DNA from: Marsupella aquatica
Taxonomy: Eukaryota; Plantae; Marchantiophyta
Reading direction: 5' to 3'
DNA: 64,000 nt
NCBI GenBank assembly: GCA_973895155.1
Contig: OZ316893.1
Coordinates: forward strand, 26,965,283-27,029,282
The translations under genes and the position numbers were made by a program. A model generated the notes under the pieces. The model saw only the letters and a list, made by a program, of their open reading frames with translations. It was not told the DNA's origin and made no database searches. Position 1 is the stretch's first letter. Each line of letters starts with the position of its first letter. This document shows positions 26,266 to 38,115 of the stretch, piece after piece.

Positions 26266-29200
26266 ATGGATTTCCATTTTGCATCACCTCTAATATCCGC
26301 ATTTTCTAGACCTCGACTTAAAGTGAGGAATATCGGGACGACTGGAGTTCCATCACTACATGCAGAGCTTATCAAAGTGTTCCAAAACCTTCATCACCTG
26401 AAGCGGTTCCGCTAGATCAATCAGTCACACATACACAAATTGTATAGACTAAGCGTAAGAGAGCTCCTCAATATGTCATGACCATGCAAGATCGCAAGAA
26501 GGTAGTTTTGTGGATGAGGCAAAGTCTCGAAACTCGACTACCTTAACACTTAGCTCCGGCGCCGAGCTCCCTTATGGTCCAGGCCCGGATAGGCCATCCG
26601 GGGAGGACTTAGCATGGGGAGACTTGTGGGCAAGGAGACGTGACACTAGCGAGGCAAGGGGCCAAGCTAGGGACACACACTAAGGACTTGGACTAGCCTA
26701 TGGCTGAGTCACGGAACTCGACTACCTTAACATTTAGCTCCGGCTTCACTGACTCCGACGCTGAGCTCCCTTATGGTCCAGGCCCGGATAGGCCATTCGG
26801 GGAGGACTTAGCATGGGGAGACTTGTGGGCAATGAGACGTGGCACTAGCAAGGCAAGGGGCCAAGCTGGGGACACACACTAAGGACTTGGACTAGCCTAT
26901 GGCTGGTTGGGTCAAGGGGAAATAGGTCGGGCTCAAGGATGGTCGTCCGGACCATCGGATGGGCTTTGAGTTCTGAGGGCTTGGGAGTGAGCTACTCTTG
27001 GGCCCAAGGCCAATGGAGTTGATGCCATTGGCAACGGACGCTTGGGGCGCAAGTTGTGGCCCGATCCGGGTTGGGCCGGTCGGGGGCCCCAAGCGGCAAT
27101 CAGACCTGAGGGCCTAGGCATGAGCACTGGGTCGGCCCGGTCACAACGGGCTAAGGCACTCCGCTTGCGGATGCCTATCAAGAAAGTTATGGGCGTTGCC
27201 AGTTGGTGGCGCGCCCATTATGCACGATGGGATCCGGGTTGGGGGCCAAATGTTTCGGGACCAAAGCTGGTCCGGGGGTGGCAGGTCCCCAAAAGCATAT
27301 ATGAGGGGAGTGGTGTCTCCCTGGGGGCTAAGGGCGAGCCAAAGTCGTGAGCCGCAGCGGTCGCGACACTAAGGGAAACCGCCAAACGAAAATGGCGATA
27401 TCTTCCCAACGGGAAGTCCGTTGGAGGACTTCTTAGGTGCTTTGGTGCGTTGGAAAGCTCCTGAGAAGGGCTACGCCCTCCTGAGCTCAGCTGGGTCTGG
27501 GGGTGTCGTGGGTTCTCATGGTTTGCGGGTGTTAGCTCGCCCGCTTGCCAAATCCTGCCAAACAGCAGCCAAGCCGCGTTCAGCCTCCCAAGGGAGCTTG
27601 CATGGGGGAGGCGAGGCCAAGTAGGTATAGAGGCTGAGTCCCAAAGGTGCTCGGTCCCTAGGCCATCAGTGGGGCAAGCCGGGAGTCGGTGTTGGAGTCG
27701 GGGCCATTCTGGTCCCGGCGTGTTGAGACAAGCTTGGGACAAGCTTTAGGACAAGCTACGCTACTTGGGCCATGAGCATGTCCCGAGGTCAGGGCGGTCA
27801 GTTGGTGATGGATAGGTGCGAGGGGGAATCCGGGCCGCGCTCAAGGAAGGAGCTGTCCTGGACGGACAGTGGGCGTGGGTTCTGGTTCCGGCTTATGGCA
27901 TCGGGAGGACCTATCCCTGACCTATTTACCAACGTTTGTTGAGCTTGAGTTAAGATGCTAGACTTGGCAAGTTCTAGATCCGGAGGGGTTACTTACCAAG
28001 GTGCTTGGTTGTTTGTGCAGACAGTGAGGACCGTTGAGTAGCGGTTGTGTAGGTGAGCAAGTGCAGCTTCGTATGGGAGTGACCGCTGGTGGTGCTAGAG
28101 GCATTTGGATGCTTGCTCGAGGTATTCTGTGGAGGCGTTCGGGCACCAAGGGCACTTAGGCGCAAGTGCTGGGATTGGTGAGGGCGTTGGGTGGCAAGGT
28201 CCACCATTGGCAAGATAGAGAGGCAAATGGAGAAGCGAGGCTGTTCAAGGGCTATCAAGGAGTTTACACCTATGTTTTAAGGTAGTGAGATTGCAAAACT
28301 CAAGGAGGCTGCAGATTGGTGGAAGAATCAAGCAATTTGGTTGCAAATTGACAAAGAGATGAGCATATCCATCAATGTCTATCAGGACAGAATCATTTGA
28401 AAGATGTTGTGGAAGACAAGAGAAGGTCGAGGCAGGAAGACAAAGGATTGGGTTACGTGGTTGTACCATTCTACAATGGAAAAGTTCAATCAATTACGTA
28501 AGGTGGGAGTGAAATTTTCACCAAAGCTTTTGCAGCAGTTGGCAAAGCAAGTGTTTGACGAATCAACCCATCAACTATAGCTCTTGTCAACATTTCTGCC
28601 AGGAGGAGTTCCTATCTCAGGAAGATCACGCTTTGTTGGATTCAAAGAAATTGTAATATTGTTGGCAAGGCACAAACAGGGAAGCTGACGGTGAGTGTAG
28701 AGAAGCAAGAGCACATAGATAAAGAGATTGCTTTCCATTGGGACAACTTAACAGAGTTTTTGAAGCAGGGACCCTGAATGAAGACCTTGTTGAAAATTAT
28801 AACAAAAATCATTTTGTTGTCAACATTGACAATGGCAAGACATTGGGATTTTTTAGTGATGAAGTATGCAGATGTTGTTTCTGGTGGGCAAGGCATGCCC
28901 ATGATCATATATCTCATAGGAGGGTCTCGGTCTATCAAAGAGGTTCCTATGATTGTTTTCCAGAGTAATAGTTGCTCATATCCTATTAGGAATGTGAAGT
29001 ATACAGTTTATGGCGTTGCATACAGGTTTGCAAAGAATGGTTTTGTGACGAGAGCCATCTGGAATCAATGGTTGAGTGAACCACATTGCCAAGTTGCCAA
29101 TCTTCAGGGTGGGCCAAAGTGTGATTTTTGTTGACAATTTCAATGTCCATGACTACACAGAGTGTCTTTGTGCTACCATACAAAATTTACCTCCAATCAT

Positions 29201-30120
29201 GCTCCACTAATAAGACTCAACCTTCATTCTGATTTGTTTGTGATGTCCAAGATCACGGATGCATGGATAGATGCTTGGGAGAAGCACAAGCTGAAGACAA
29301 TCATGAGTGGAAATGAGTTTCAAAATTCTGGTCGAATCAATGGGCCAGTCGGCAGAATTTGGAGCAAAGAAGAATCCTAGGAGACAATTGTCTTAAAGCT
29401 TGCTGGAGCATCTGTATAGAAGGTCAATCAACAACCCGCTACTCTTGCTTAATTGATTTTAAAAATTTTTCCGCTATTAGGTATTATTGAGGCTAAATGA
29501 GACAATGATTAGGATAGAGAGATTGACAAGCAAGGACAATTCCAGATATCAATGGAGGGTGGCATGAACAGCGGTTGAATCCACATCTTCAAAATTTGAT
29601 TCAGATATACAAGATTCTTTTTGAAGGCACACCTGTGCATTCTATGGGACATGTACCTGATCAGGATAGAGAGATTGAAGTTAATCCCGTAATTCCAGCA
29701 CACCTTAGTAATATTGAATTTAAAGAGGAGCCCCCTGTGGATTTTGAGTTTGAATGCGATGATTCTTGATCACAAGATGATGAATCTAGACGTGACAATT
29801 CTGGATCTAAAAATGGATTGGAGTAGACTGGTTACACTAATACAAGTAGGGATTTTGTTGATTGTCTTTCATTCTATTATGATTTTAATTGTATTAATAA
29901 CCTGGTTTTCAGTTGATCATACTTTAATAAAATTTCAATTTCAATTCACAATCATTTTTTATTTTTTATGTCCTTGCAAATACATCTCACCATTGGATTT
30001 TTTTGTACTTCTCATAAGTTACACACATTAATTCAGTGTTCATCACACTCTATTTGGGCATCACCAGAAATAATCTCACTTACTTGAATAACCCTTACTT
30101 GACGCCCAAATAGAGTGACT
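26266..30120 (+). mobile_element. Decayed pogo/Tc1-mariner-superfamily (DDE_1) transposon, with the transposase pseudogene split by an insertion
   Basis: The reconstructed peptide reads KRKRAPQYVMTMQDRKKVVLWM|RQ...AADWWKNQ...GRGRKTKDWVTWLY...RKVGVKFSP...QTGKLTVSVEKQEHIDKEIAFHLGQL...HFVVNIDNGKTLGF...KYADVVSGGQGM...SYPIRNV, with stops and frameshifts. The 3' end carries an 18-bp inverted pair (30046-30063 / 30100-30117) followed by a TA-rich flank. Confidence 0.8.
26524..28219 (-). mobile_element. GC-rich 1.7-kb insertion (possibly a LINE ORF1 fragment) with an internal ~184-bp tandem duplication
   Basis: Flanked by GAGGCAAA at 26516-26523 and 28220-28227. The duplicated unit starts ACTCGACTACC at 26532 and 26716. 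The identity as ORF1 is weak. Confidence 0.6.
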
Positions 30121-30319
30121 ATATAAGAAGACATATATAGACTATATCTTATATAGACTTATATATATCTTGTGTGTGAGAACCTAAACCCTAAACTAAC
30201 TTCTTATATAGTTTCACACACATTAATTATGGTGACATCCTTCAAAAAGCTTTGTTCCTAAATATAGGTAATCAGTGGTTTGTTTCTTCCCTTAGCCAGT
30301 TTCATACCTAGCCACAATG

Positions 30320-30730
30320 CCATTAACCAGAATCTGATGGCTTAATCTAGAGAGATCTGATGGTCACAATTCAATTTAGGAAACTAGATAAATAGTACTA
30401 GCATCTTCTTCTCATACATAGTGACATTAGCAGGCGTTTTTTCAGTGGCAAAAATTTGCCAAATTCCACCCTCCCCAAAAAGCTTTGGCCATTTTTGGCA
30501 AAACTTTGCTAGTATTTTTCTGTCTCATTAGCCAATGTTTCACCTAATCACACGTCCCATTAGCCAGAATCTAACGGTCATCCTTAAATCTAGGGAGATC
30601 TGACGGTCAGGAAAATAATCATACAAGGAATATTTTGAGCATCTTTTCCTTGACACACTGGACATTGGCCACTCTGGCGAAAAAATGAAAACCTAAAAAA
30701 TACACCCTAGCCAAAAAGAGAAAAACCTTA
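30320..30730 (+). mobile_element. Partial copy of the 9361-10109 TIR family (right arm)
   Basis: TTAGCCAGAATCTAACGGTCATCCTTAAATCTAGGGAGATCTGACGGTCAGGAAAATAATC...AAAACCTAAAAAATACACC matches 9945-10105. Confidence 0.75.
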
Positions 30731-33679
30731 TAAATTGCCCACGAACTCTGTCTTTTCCAGTTTTTCAGTTCTAACGGTGCACTGCTCATGGTAGGTTGGA
30801 ACGGGCTACAATACCGGCACGAGATGTCACCGTGGTCCAAACCGACCAAATGGTCAAATTGCACTTCCTTCTCCCTGGCTTCAATTTGGTCAAACAACAC
30901 GGTTTTCTGCTGCGGCTGTCCTTTGTATCCTTTGTACCCCAGTTAGGACTCACCATGGGTACAAAGAAGCAAAAGCACAGCAATAATAATAAATCACATG
31001 TCACCCAGATTGAGATGATGCAGCTTGAAAAGCCGTGAACAGAAGAAACCATAAACGGTAAGCCCCCATTGGATTGGACCACGAGTTGCAATCTACTGCA
31101 GTTGACCATGTGTAGAGCCTCCTGTTCCAGATAAGATAGTTGGGTGCATGTTGTCATTAACATGATTATTGCGTGACAGAAATTTTTCTTGGAGGATAAA
31201 GTTTGGGTGCGAATTTTGCAATTAATAAACGTTTTCACTGAAGTCTGGCATGATGGGCGAGTGACTTGCAACTCTGTCTAAACCTGAAGGCGGAGTGCAG
31301 TTTTTGCAGGGGGTGAGACTACAGAAGCTCATCTTAGTAGCTGGGAGCTCAATCACAAAATGTAAATCACCTTCACTTCTGCTGAATGTGCGCTTAGGAG
31401 GGTTGTTGCGCAGTCCAAGTGTGCCACATCAGTTTGTGGAGGTACACTAAGAGCCTCTTTCTATAACCTCAGGTCCACTTCTCAGCCTCAACTCTTCTTC
31501 ATATCTCGGAAAAAGGGAAAAGTGAACCTCAGCCATATCCAAAAGTTAGGGGCTCGGTTAGGGGTAATTCCAAACTAATATGGGTCTGGAGTTCCTTAAA
31601 GTGAACCTTTTCTATCTAAAAGCGCAAGCTGTCATAATTTTTCAAAAAAGGGGCCAAACAAAGTACAATGTAGAAAAAGCAAAAGATGTCCAAAGCAGAC
31701 AAAAAGCATTTGAACTCAAAAGAAGTGGACAAATAGAAAAATCTGAAACTTAAAATGAGGAAAAGAAAAAGCTCTACCACTCCAATACTGTGATGAACTA
31801 ATGGTCCACATCCAATGTAGTAACTAAATTTGAGTGAGCTAATAGTTCAGCAACTAAGTTAGCTAGTGGGACATGGATGTACTCTAAGGAGCAAGCCTCT
31901 TCTGAAGCACACAATTAGACAATAGAGATAGCATTTGGAGAAAACATTTGGGATGGGCTGATAGAGACCCTAAGCTTTGCTTTGTGACCTTAGATGTTAT
32001 TGAATGTTTGAAAGACGTGATCAGCACTTCAAGCCTTCATGAGGTGGGAAGTCATTGACCTTGGCAAGATCTGGGTATGCCTCAGAATTTCATTTGGGGG
32101 TTCTAAGGCAAGGTTGGGGCAACATTCCCACCTTGCCGAATTGTATTGTTCACCCAAGGTTTTAATAATTTCCCCAGAACTGTGTTTTTTACAAATGTAA
32201 CCTGTCCTTAACCCACACCTCAGCCAATTTGACTATAATTTTTGGGAAAAGTTTAATAATTTGCACTGATGTGGGGGGACAATTTGATTATAAATAGTTA
32301 TGGTTCCTGCATCTGTTTGCAAGTAAAATCTTGTCTAATGTCAAATACCTGTCACCTCGAGAGGAATCTCCTATGAGTGGTGGTTAGCCCCGCCTCGGCA
32401 TCAGGGGCATTGTTTGGGTGGTTGGACAAAGTTTCATATGGGAATCTCTCTAAAGCTTCCAATCTATATGCTATTAGCAAAGCAATTATTACTATTTCTG
32501 TTAGCTTTCTTGACTAGTGTTACTTCAAAGACAAGGCAAGGCTAAAAAGGGGGCCATTGCCTTTTCTCCTTAAGATGTGTTATTGTGTGAGTTTATGCAT
32601 GTTGACTAGTTCTAAAAACGTAAGAGTGTTCCATTTGCCGACTTGCTGGCTTGCTTGCCTCCTCTCCTTGCTACATGTACTGGCTACAGTTCCTTGGTCT
32701 CGTTTTTATCACAACATGAACAACAAACCAGATCTTAGTTAACTGTAACATCCCCTCCTCCAATCCAAAAAGAAAAAACATGTCATTGGAGTACCTTTCC
32801 AATGTAGATTTCCTGATGTGAATCCTCCATTTCTTGGTATCTTGGAACATACATTGTATTGCACATGCTTAAGCTAGTTGTTTTTTGACGAACATCAATC
32901 TAATAACGCAGGAATAAGAGCTAGGGAGAAGACCCTACCTTCTAGTGCAACCTCTAGACCATGACTGTGGGGGCTGTGGGGGCACAGGTAATGTTGGGGG
33001 TGGGGTGAAAACACTGATCGGAAATGTTCAGGACTTTGGGAGATGGTACTCCCCATCTTCTTATGCGCAAAGTTTTCAGGGTAGTACTCAATAATGTGCA
33101 TGGAGGGACAGTTCTGACATGGTGGGTTATGTCCTGTTGCTCCAAATGCTTCTTTTATTAGCAGCTAACAAAGAATACCTAACCCATATAACAGAACTTG
33201 CATTATCATCCTGTGATATCTCTGTATTTGTGTTTTTGTTGTTTCCAATTTAATTTAATGTGTTTAAGACTTGACCTAGATAGTATAGGATGATAGACGA
33301 TTGTTTAAAACTCCATCCCATGAGCTATGAGCGTTTCCATGTACCCCATGTGTGTTATAGCATGTCAGGAAGCTAATTATTTAAAACTCTCTAGAAGGCT
33401 ACTGGATTCATTAGCTTTTGGAGAGAATTTTACGTTATCGACGGTGGACTCTGGAGAATTCCAGTGCTTTTTATTCTCTGTGTACTTGTACTTAAACTGC
33501 CAAAGGAGGAAAAACTAGTCACTTTGCCCCCCACTACTTCACTTTGTTAATAATATTATTGACTAAGTAAAATAATTTGGATCCACCAGGTTTTGAAAAT
33601 GGACAGTGGCGGTTAAAAATATCCTAATGTGGTGGTTTCAAGAGATCACACCTGGCTCTCCATTATCAAAGTTGGTGAT

Positions 33680-36060
33680 TCCTAAAGACTACGTGGATGA
33701 AGGCATGAGACTCTAATGTAATCCAGGTGCTTTGACTCTCTTGTTGTTTTACTTAAAACATCCTCATGTGGTGGGGCCAAGAGGTCACATCTGGCTGAGA
33801 AAGAGTCAAGTTGGTGGGTCCTCAAGACCATGTGGATGAAGGTGTAATGAATCATACTACTTAGTAAACTTACACAGAAAGACTTCCACCAAACTCTAGA
33901 AAACATGCACACATACATAGAGGCTTACAACAATAGTAGGTGAACTTGTGATGACAAAATTCCAATCCCACCTTCATGCGCCAAGACAGAAATGGGCACG
34001 AAGCACATTGAGGCCCACACATGATACAAACCTGTCTTTGGAAAGCTCAACTCCAAAGAATCAGCCTTTCAAGCCTCCCCTAAGGTCCTCTCATAATCCA
34101 AAAGACTAATGAGAAGAGAGATATCACATGCACACCTAAGGGAGGTGACCTTCACACACAAGCCACCACAAGCAATATCGGCCATCACCGAATCTACTTG
34201 GTCACAATATGCTGAATAATAGGGTTTTGAGCAATGAGGTTTCAAATAGGTTCTGGAGCCAATTAATTCCTATAATACAAGGTCCTGACTATTTTAGCAG
34301 TGGTTGTCAAATGTTTTTTGGAAGGAACCAAAGCAAGGAGAAAACACAAAGAACTGGGAAAAGGAAAAGAGGAAACAGTTTTACACATTGACATCTTTGT
34401 ATAAGAGCATCTTATGCATTGACATCTTTCATGCCATATCATCTTTGGTGCAAAGCACAGGTAATGAGATAATTTCTACAATACAATTGCATAAAATAAG
34501 TTATGGGGCCATTTTAGGGGCCTCATCACCTTCGTTGCAAATGACCACACAAGACAGGTCACCACATTAAAGCATTTTCGGGCCCCATCACTTTCGGGCC
34601 AATGACCTGCTAAGACAGGTCACCCCATTAAAGCCACGGTATGACCTGGAAAATGTTTACCATATTAATTGGCATATCATGCTTCCCATGATTGCTGATC
34701 TGCCTCTTCTAATGGAAGCACCCTTATAGCCAAGAAGAGAATAGCCTGGAAGTGTTCAAGACTGTTGCATGTAATGATGAGCAGGTGTTCTCCACTTGGG
34801 GTGACAGCAGAGTAATGTTAAAGATTTTCCCTTTTCAGCTCCCTTTTCAGCTCGGGTGGTGAAGGTCTCCTCGTGTGTGAGGGAGAAGATGCTAACTAGA
34901 TTAAAACCATGTAGATAACTGGCTAGTCGAAGACAAAAACCTGGTTAACTTAGTGAGGTTGAATTTGGCAAGTTTTGCAGCTCAAAAAACACTGGGTGAG
35001 AGTTCAACAAGAGTAAGATGGGTGTGCAAGAGAGGCTTTGAACTTGAGACCTCCCAATCCATAACGCTGGGTAGTACACCAATTTTAAGCACATCAATAG
35101 GGGTCTTGAGCAGGGCAGCGCAATCGGACAGCACATGGAGCAAGTCCCAATAAAGCTCGTGAACCCATGAATGCTTGTCTATTACTTGAGCCAGACCTAT
35201 CGTTGATTTTTGGATGTCAGATTATCCCAAAGCTCGTAAATGAGCATAGGTGGGACCCCTATCCTCAACTGTCCACTACTCAAGGTTTCATTGAGTCTGG
35301 AAGCTGCGTGAACAGATCTCTTGCACATTTAAGTAAGGGGGGCTTTACAAGATGGTGGGGGCTGTTCAGTTTCTCTCCATTGATAGCAAAGATGATGGCC
35401 ATTTACTTCCATAAAAGTTAAAATGCCCGAGCCAAAATGTGTCAGGTTTGGAAGTAATTAATGTAATTCCCTGAAGATAAGTGACCGTTTGCTCCAAGTT
35501 TTTAGACCACCTCAAGAGTAGGTCTAAGTTTTTGACAAAAAAGCTTGCACACCTCAGGAAAAAAAGGGACTCACAAGGGGCCCACTGACAGATGACTATG
35601 TTCTGTAATGCTTTTGGTTCATTGTGCCCCCAAGTTCATGTAAAGTGAAGTGTGGCCAGTTCCCACATATGAATGGCTAGGATTGCATCTTTCACCTAGA
35701 AAAAAATTGAATTGCTGCCCCCAAGTTCTTGTAAAGCCACCCTAAGCATAGTGCATTAGAACTGGCTGCAAATAGACAGAATCTGGGGTTCAAGCCTGTC
35801 ATTAACAAAATGTTAGGAATTCCCCTCCCAAAGGTGGAGTACACTGACCCCCAGGGTGTATGTTTCAGGAAGATCCAAATGCATGGAATTAAGTTAGGGA
35901 AGTGCATTCGTACATGCTGTAGTGCATTATAAGTGAGCGATGGACACTCAACCTACAATTGACTGAGCGCTTTGGAACATCAAGATTAACCTCAGGGCTT
36001 GAAGTTGGGTGGTCAGCTAGGGCCGTTGTCCACTCTACTACGTTGGTGTAAGTCCAGGAC
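33680..36060 (-). mobile_element. Probable degenerate LINE ORF2 (3' part)
   Basis: Fragmentary minus-strand peptides reminiscent of post-RT LINE motifs (e.g. SSPEVNLDVPKRS, resembling SGLxVNLxKS). Heavily mutated. Confidence 0.35.
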
Positions 36061-36134
36061 GACACGCTGCCCAATCAACCTAGAAGCAAGCCTCACACAA
36101 GACACGCAACACAACAAACACAACAACAGAAGTT

Positions 36135-36200
36135 GGCTGTTGGGATTTGAACCATGGTATGGGAGAGCAGACTCTCACGAGCTTCCACTAAGCCATTAGT
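36135..36200 (-). other. tRNA-like Pol III internal promoter (SINE head or tRNA pseudogene)
   Basis: On the minus strand, A box TGGCTTAGTGG (36195-36185) and B box GGTTCAAATCC (36153-36143) are 31 nt apart. No acceptor stem pairs. Confidence 0.55.
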
Positions 36201-36309
36201 AAAACTTATCTTTGTTGTATCTTCTCTAAGCCTACATTTTTGGGTCCCTCGTACACTTTGCCTTGCCGAGACTATCATATGATAGCCATTGCTAATAAGT
36301 GATTTTCCT

Positions 36310-36555
36310 GGGGTCCAGAACAGCCTTTTCTGTGGCAAAAATTAGTCAAATTGACTAGTATTTTTCTGTCTCATGAGCCAGTGTCCCTAATCACAAGCTC
36401 CATTAGCCAGAATCTAAGGGTCATCCTTAAACCTAAGGAGATCTGAAGATTAGGAAAATAATCAGATAAAAAATATTTTGAGCATCTTCTCCTTCACACA
36501 CTGGACATTGACCACTCTACAGAAAGAAGTAAACTGGTTAAAAATACAATGGTCA
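36310..36555 (+). mobile_element. Third partial copy of the TIR family
   Basis: Close match to 30500-30700 (CATTAGCCAGAATCT...AATATTTTGAGCATCTT...CACACTGGACATTG). Confidence 0.75.
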
Positions 36556-37854
36556 AGAAAAGTAAGGGTGGCTATACAGAAAGTTGGGCCCTTCGATTCT
36601 TTATATTTTTTCTTTCACGACAATATATTTGGACCTCAAAATGAGTGAAAAAGGATGTAGTTGACTTTAACATAATTGGATGGCCCATTCGAGTATGGTG
36701 TGGTTTGAATACTAAATGACAAGTGGTGGTCCCAAATAATTTGAATACTACATGACAAGTGGTGGACCCAAATAAATGATATGAATTGTTCATTTTGTCT
36801 CGAATTCAAGACCATCTCCAAAGGTGATCCAAACATTTCCAAAAGTTTATTCCTTTATTTAAAGGTTTGCATTTATTGAATTTTATTTTACAAATTATGA
36901 AGTCTATCTTTATTTATAACAAGATGTGGCCCTGCAATTGGCCATGGTTATCAAAAGTGCCTCCACTTCGCGTAAAGTCACCCGAGGGTAATTACAGTAC
37001 TATTCAGTGGCTTTGAAGCAAGCAATCAAGAACTCAATTGGTCCAACAAGCAAGGAAGGAAGCGTGAGTGTCAATCCTGCCGAGGTCTTATCCGATGCAA
37101 ATAATAATCATTCCGGTCAAGTTATAGAAGTGCGTGCTAGCCTTTTGTTTTGTTTTGGCCTGGGGTAAAGTTATCCTTGTCAAGATTTTAAAGAAGAGGA
37201 AGGACTAGTGGCTCGCCTGCCTACTCACCGTCTGACGGCCTGCCTCGACCCAGTCGACGACCGGCTGCCGCCCGTGTCCGCTTGCATGCCGTCTGTCCGA
37301 CCCCTGCAGAAACGAAGAAAAGCGTGAGAGCCGATGACCGGCTCGCTCGGTGGGCTACCGACCTACAAGGAGCGAAGGACTGACACGACAGTAGTAGAGT
37401 AAAATACTTGATATTCCCGAAGCAGGCCGAACGTATTCTTTAAGTGCGAAAATTCGTCAGTCTCACCCCCACTTTAGACTGATGCTAGTTTTTGCTACAA
37501 CTAGCCAGTTCTCGCCTAGATGTAGACCCTACGAAGTACAATCTGACGGTCATCAATAAATCTCAGTAAGATCTAAGTGTAATAAATCAATCCGTAAAAA
37601 ATACAGTAGATAAGGAGTATTCGCGTTGTCTTCTATTCACCAGGGGGACATGGTGAAAAAGGGAATAAAAAAGAGACTGGGCAGGAAGCATACGACCGGA
37701 CCCGTGTGTCCCGCCCTGACCGGTGCAGAAGATCTTACCGCGGGGAATATTCCCAGCCACCTGTCTTGCCACTGCGGCCTTGTGGGAGTTGTGGGTAAGA
37801 GTGAAAGAATCAGACTGTCATCATCCAGATAATTATTCTGTCGTTGATTGGGCG

Positions 37855-38115
37855 GTCGTGTCGGGTCGGGTCGGGTCGGGTCGGGTCGGGTCGGTCCCGT
37901 CCACGTCCCTGTGCTTCCTGCTGTGGTCGTCTGTAGAAGATAACTGCAGTTGGCTGACGACGTCGACGACGACGACGACGACGACTCGCGATTGACTGAC
38001 TACGCCGCTACTACGGTGCGCCGGTCCGACGGTAAAAGTGGCGTGAGTTTTTTTAACTGCTGCTGCTGCGTGAGCGAAGTGACGAAAGAGGAGAGGAGAG
38101 GAGAGGAGAGGAGAA
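37855..38115. repeat. Microsatellite cluster (GTCGG)n, (GAC)n and (GAGAG)n in a GC-rich putative promoter/5'UTR of the kinase gene
   Basis: Direct reading. The GC-rich island contrasts with the upstream TE DNA. Confidence 0.8.

Noticed and set aside
30181-30200. Interstitial telomere (CCCTAAA)
   Set aside because: There are only one perfect and two partial units.
36135-36200. Functional tRNA gene
   Set aside because: A and B boxes are present, but no acceptor stem or clear anticodon arm forms.
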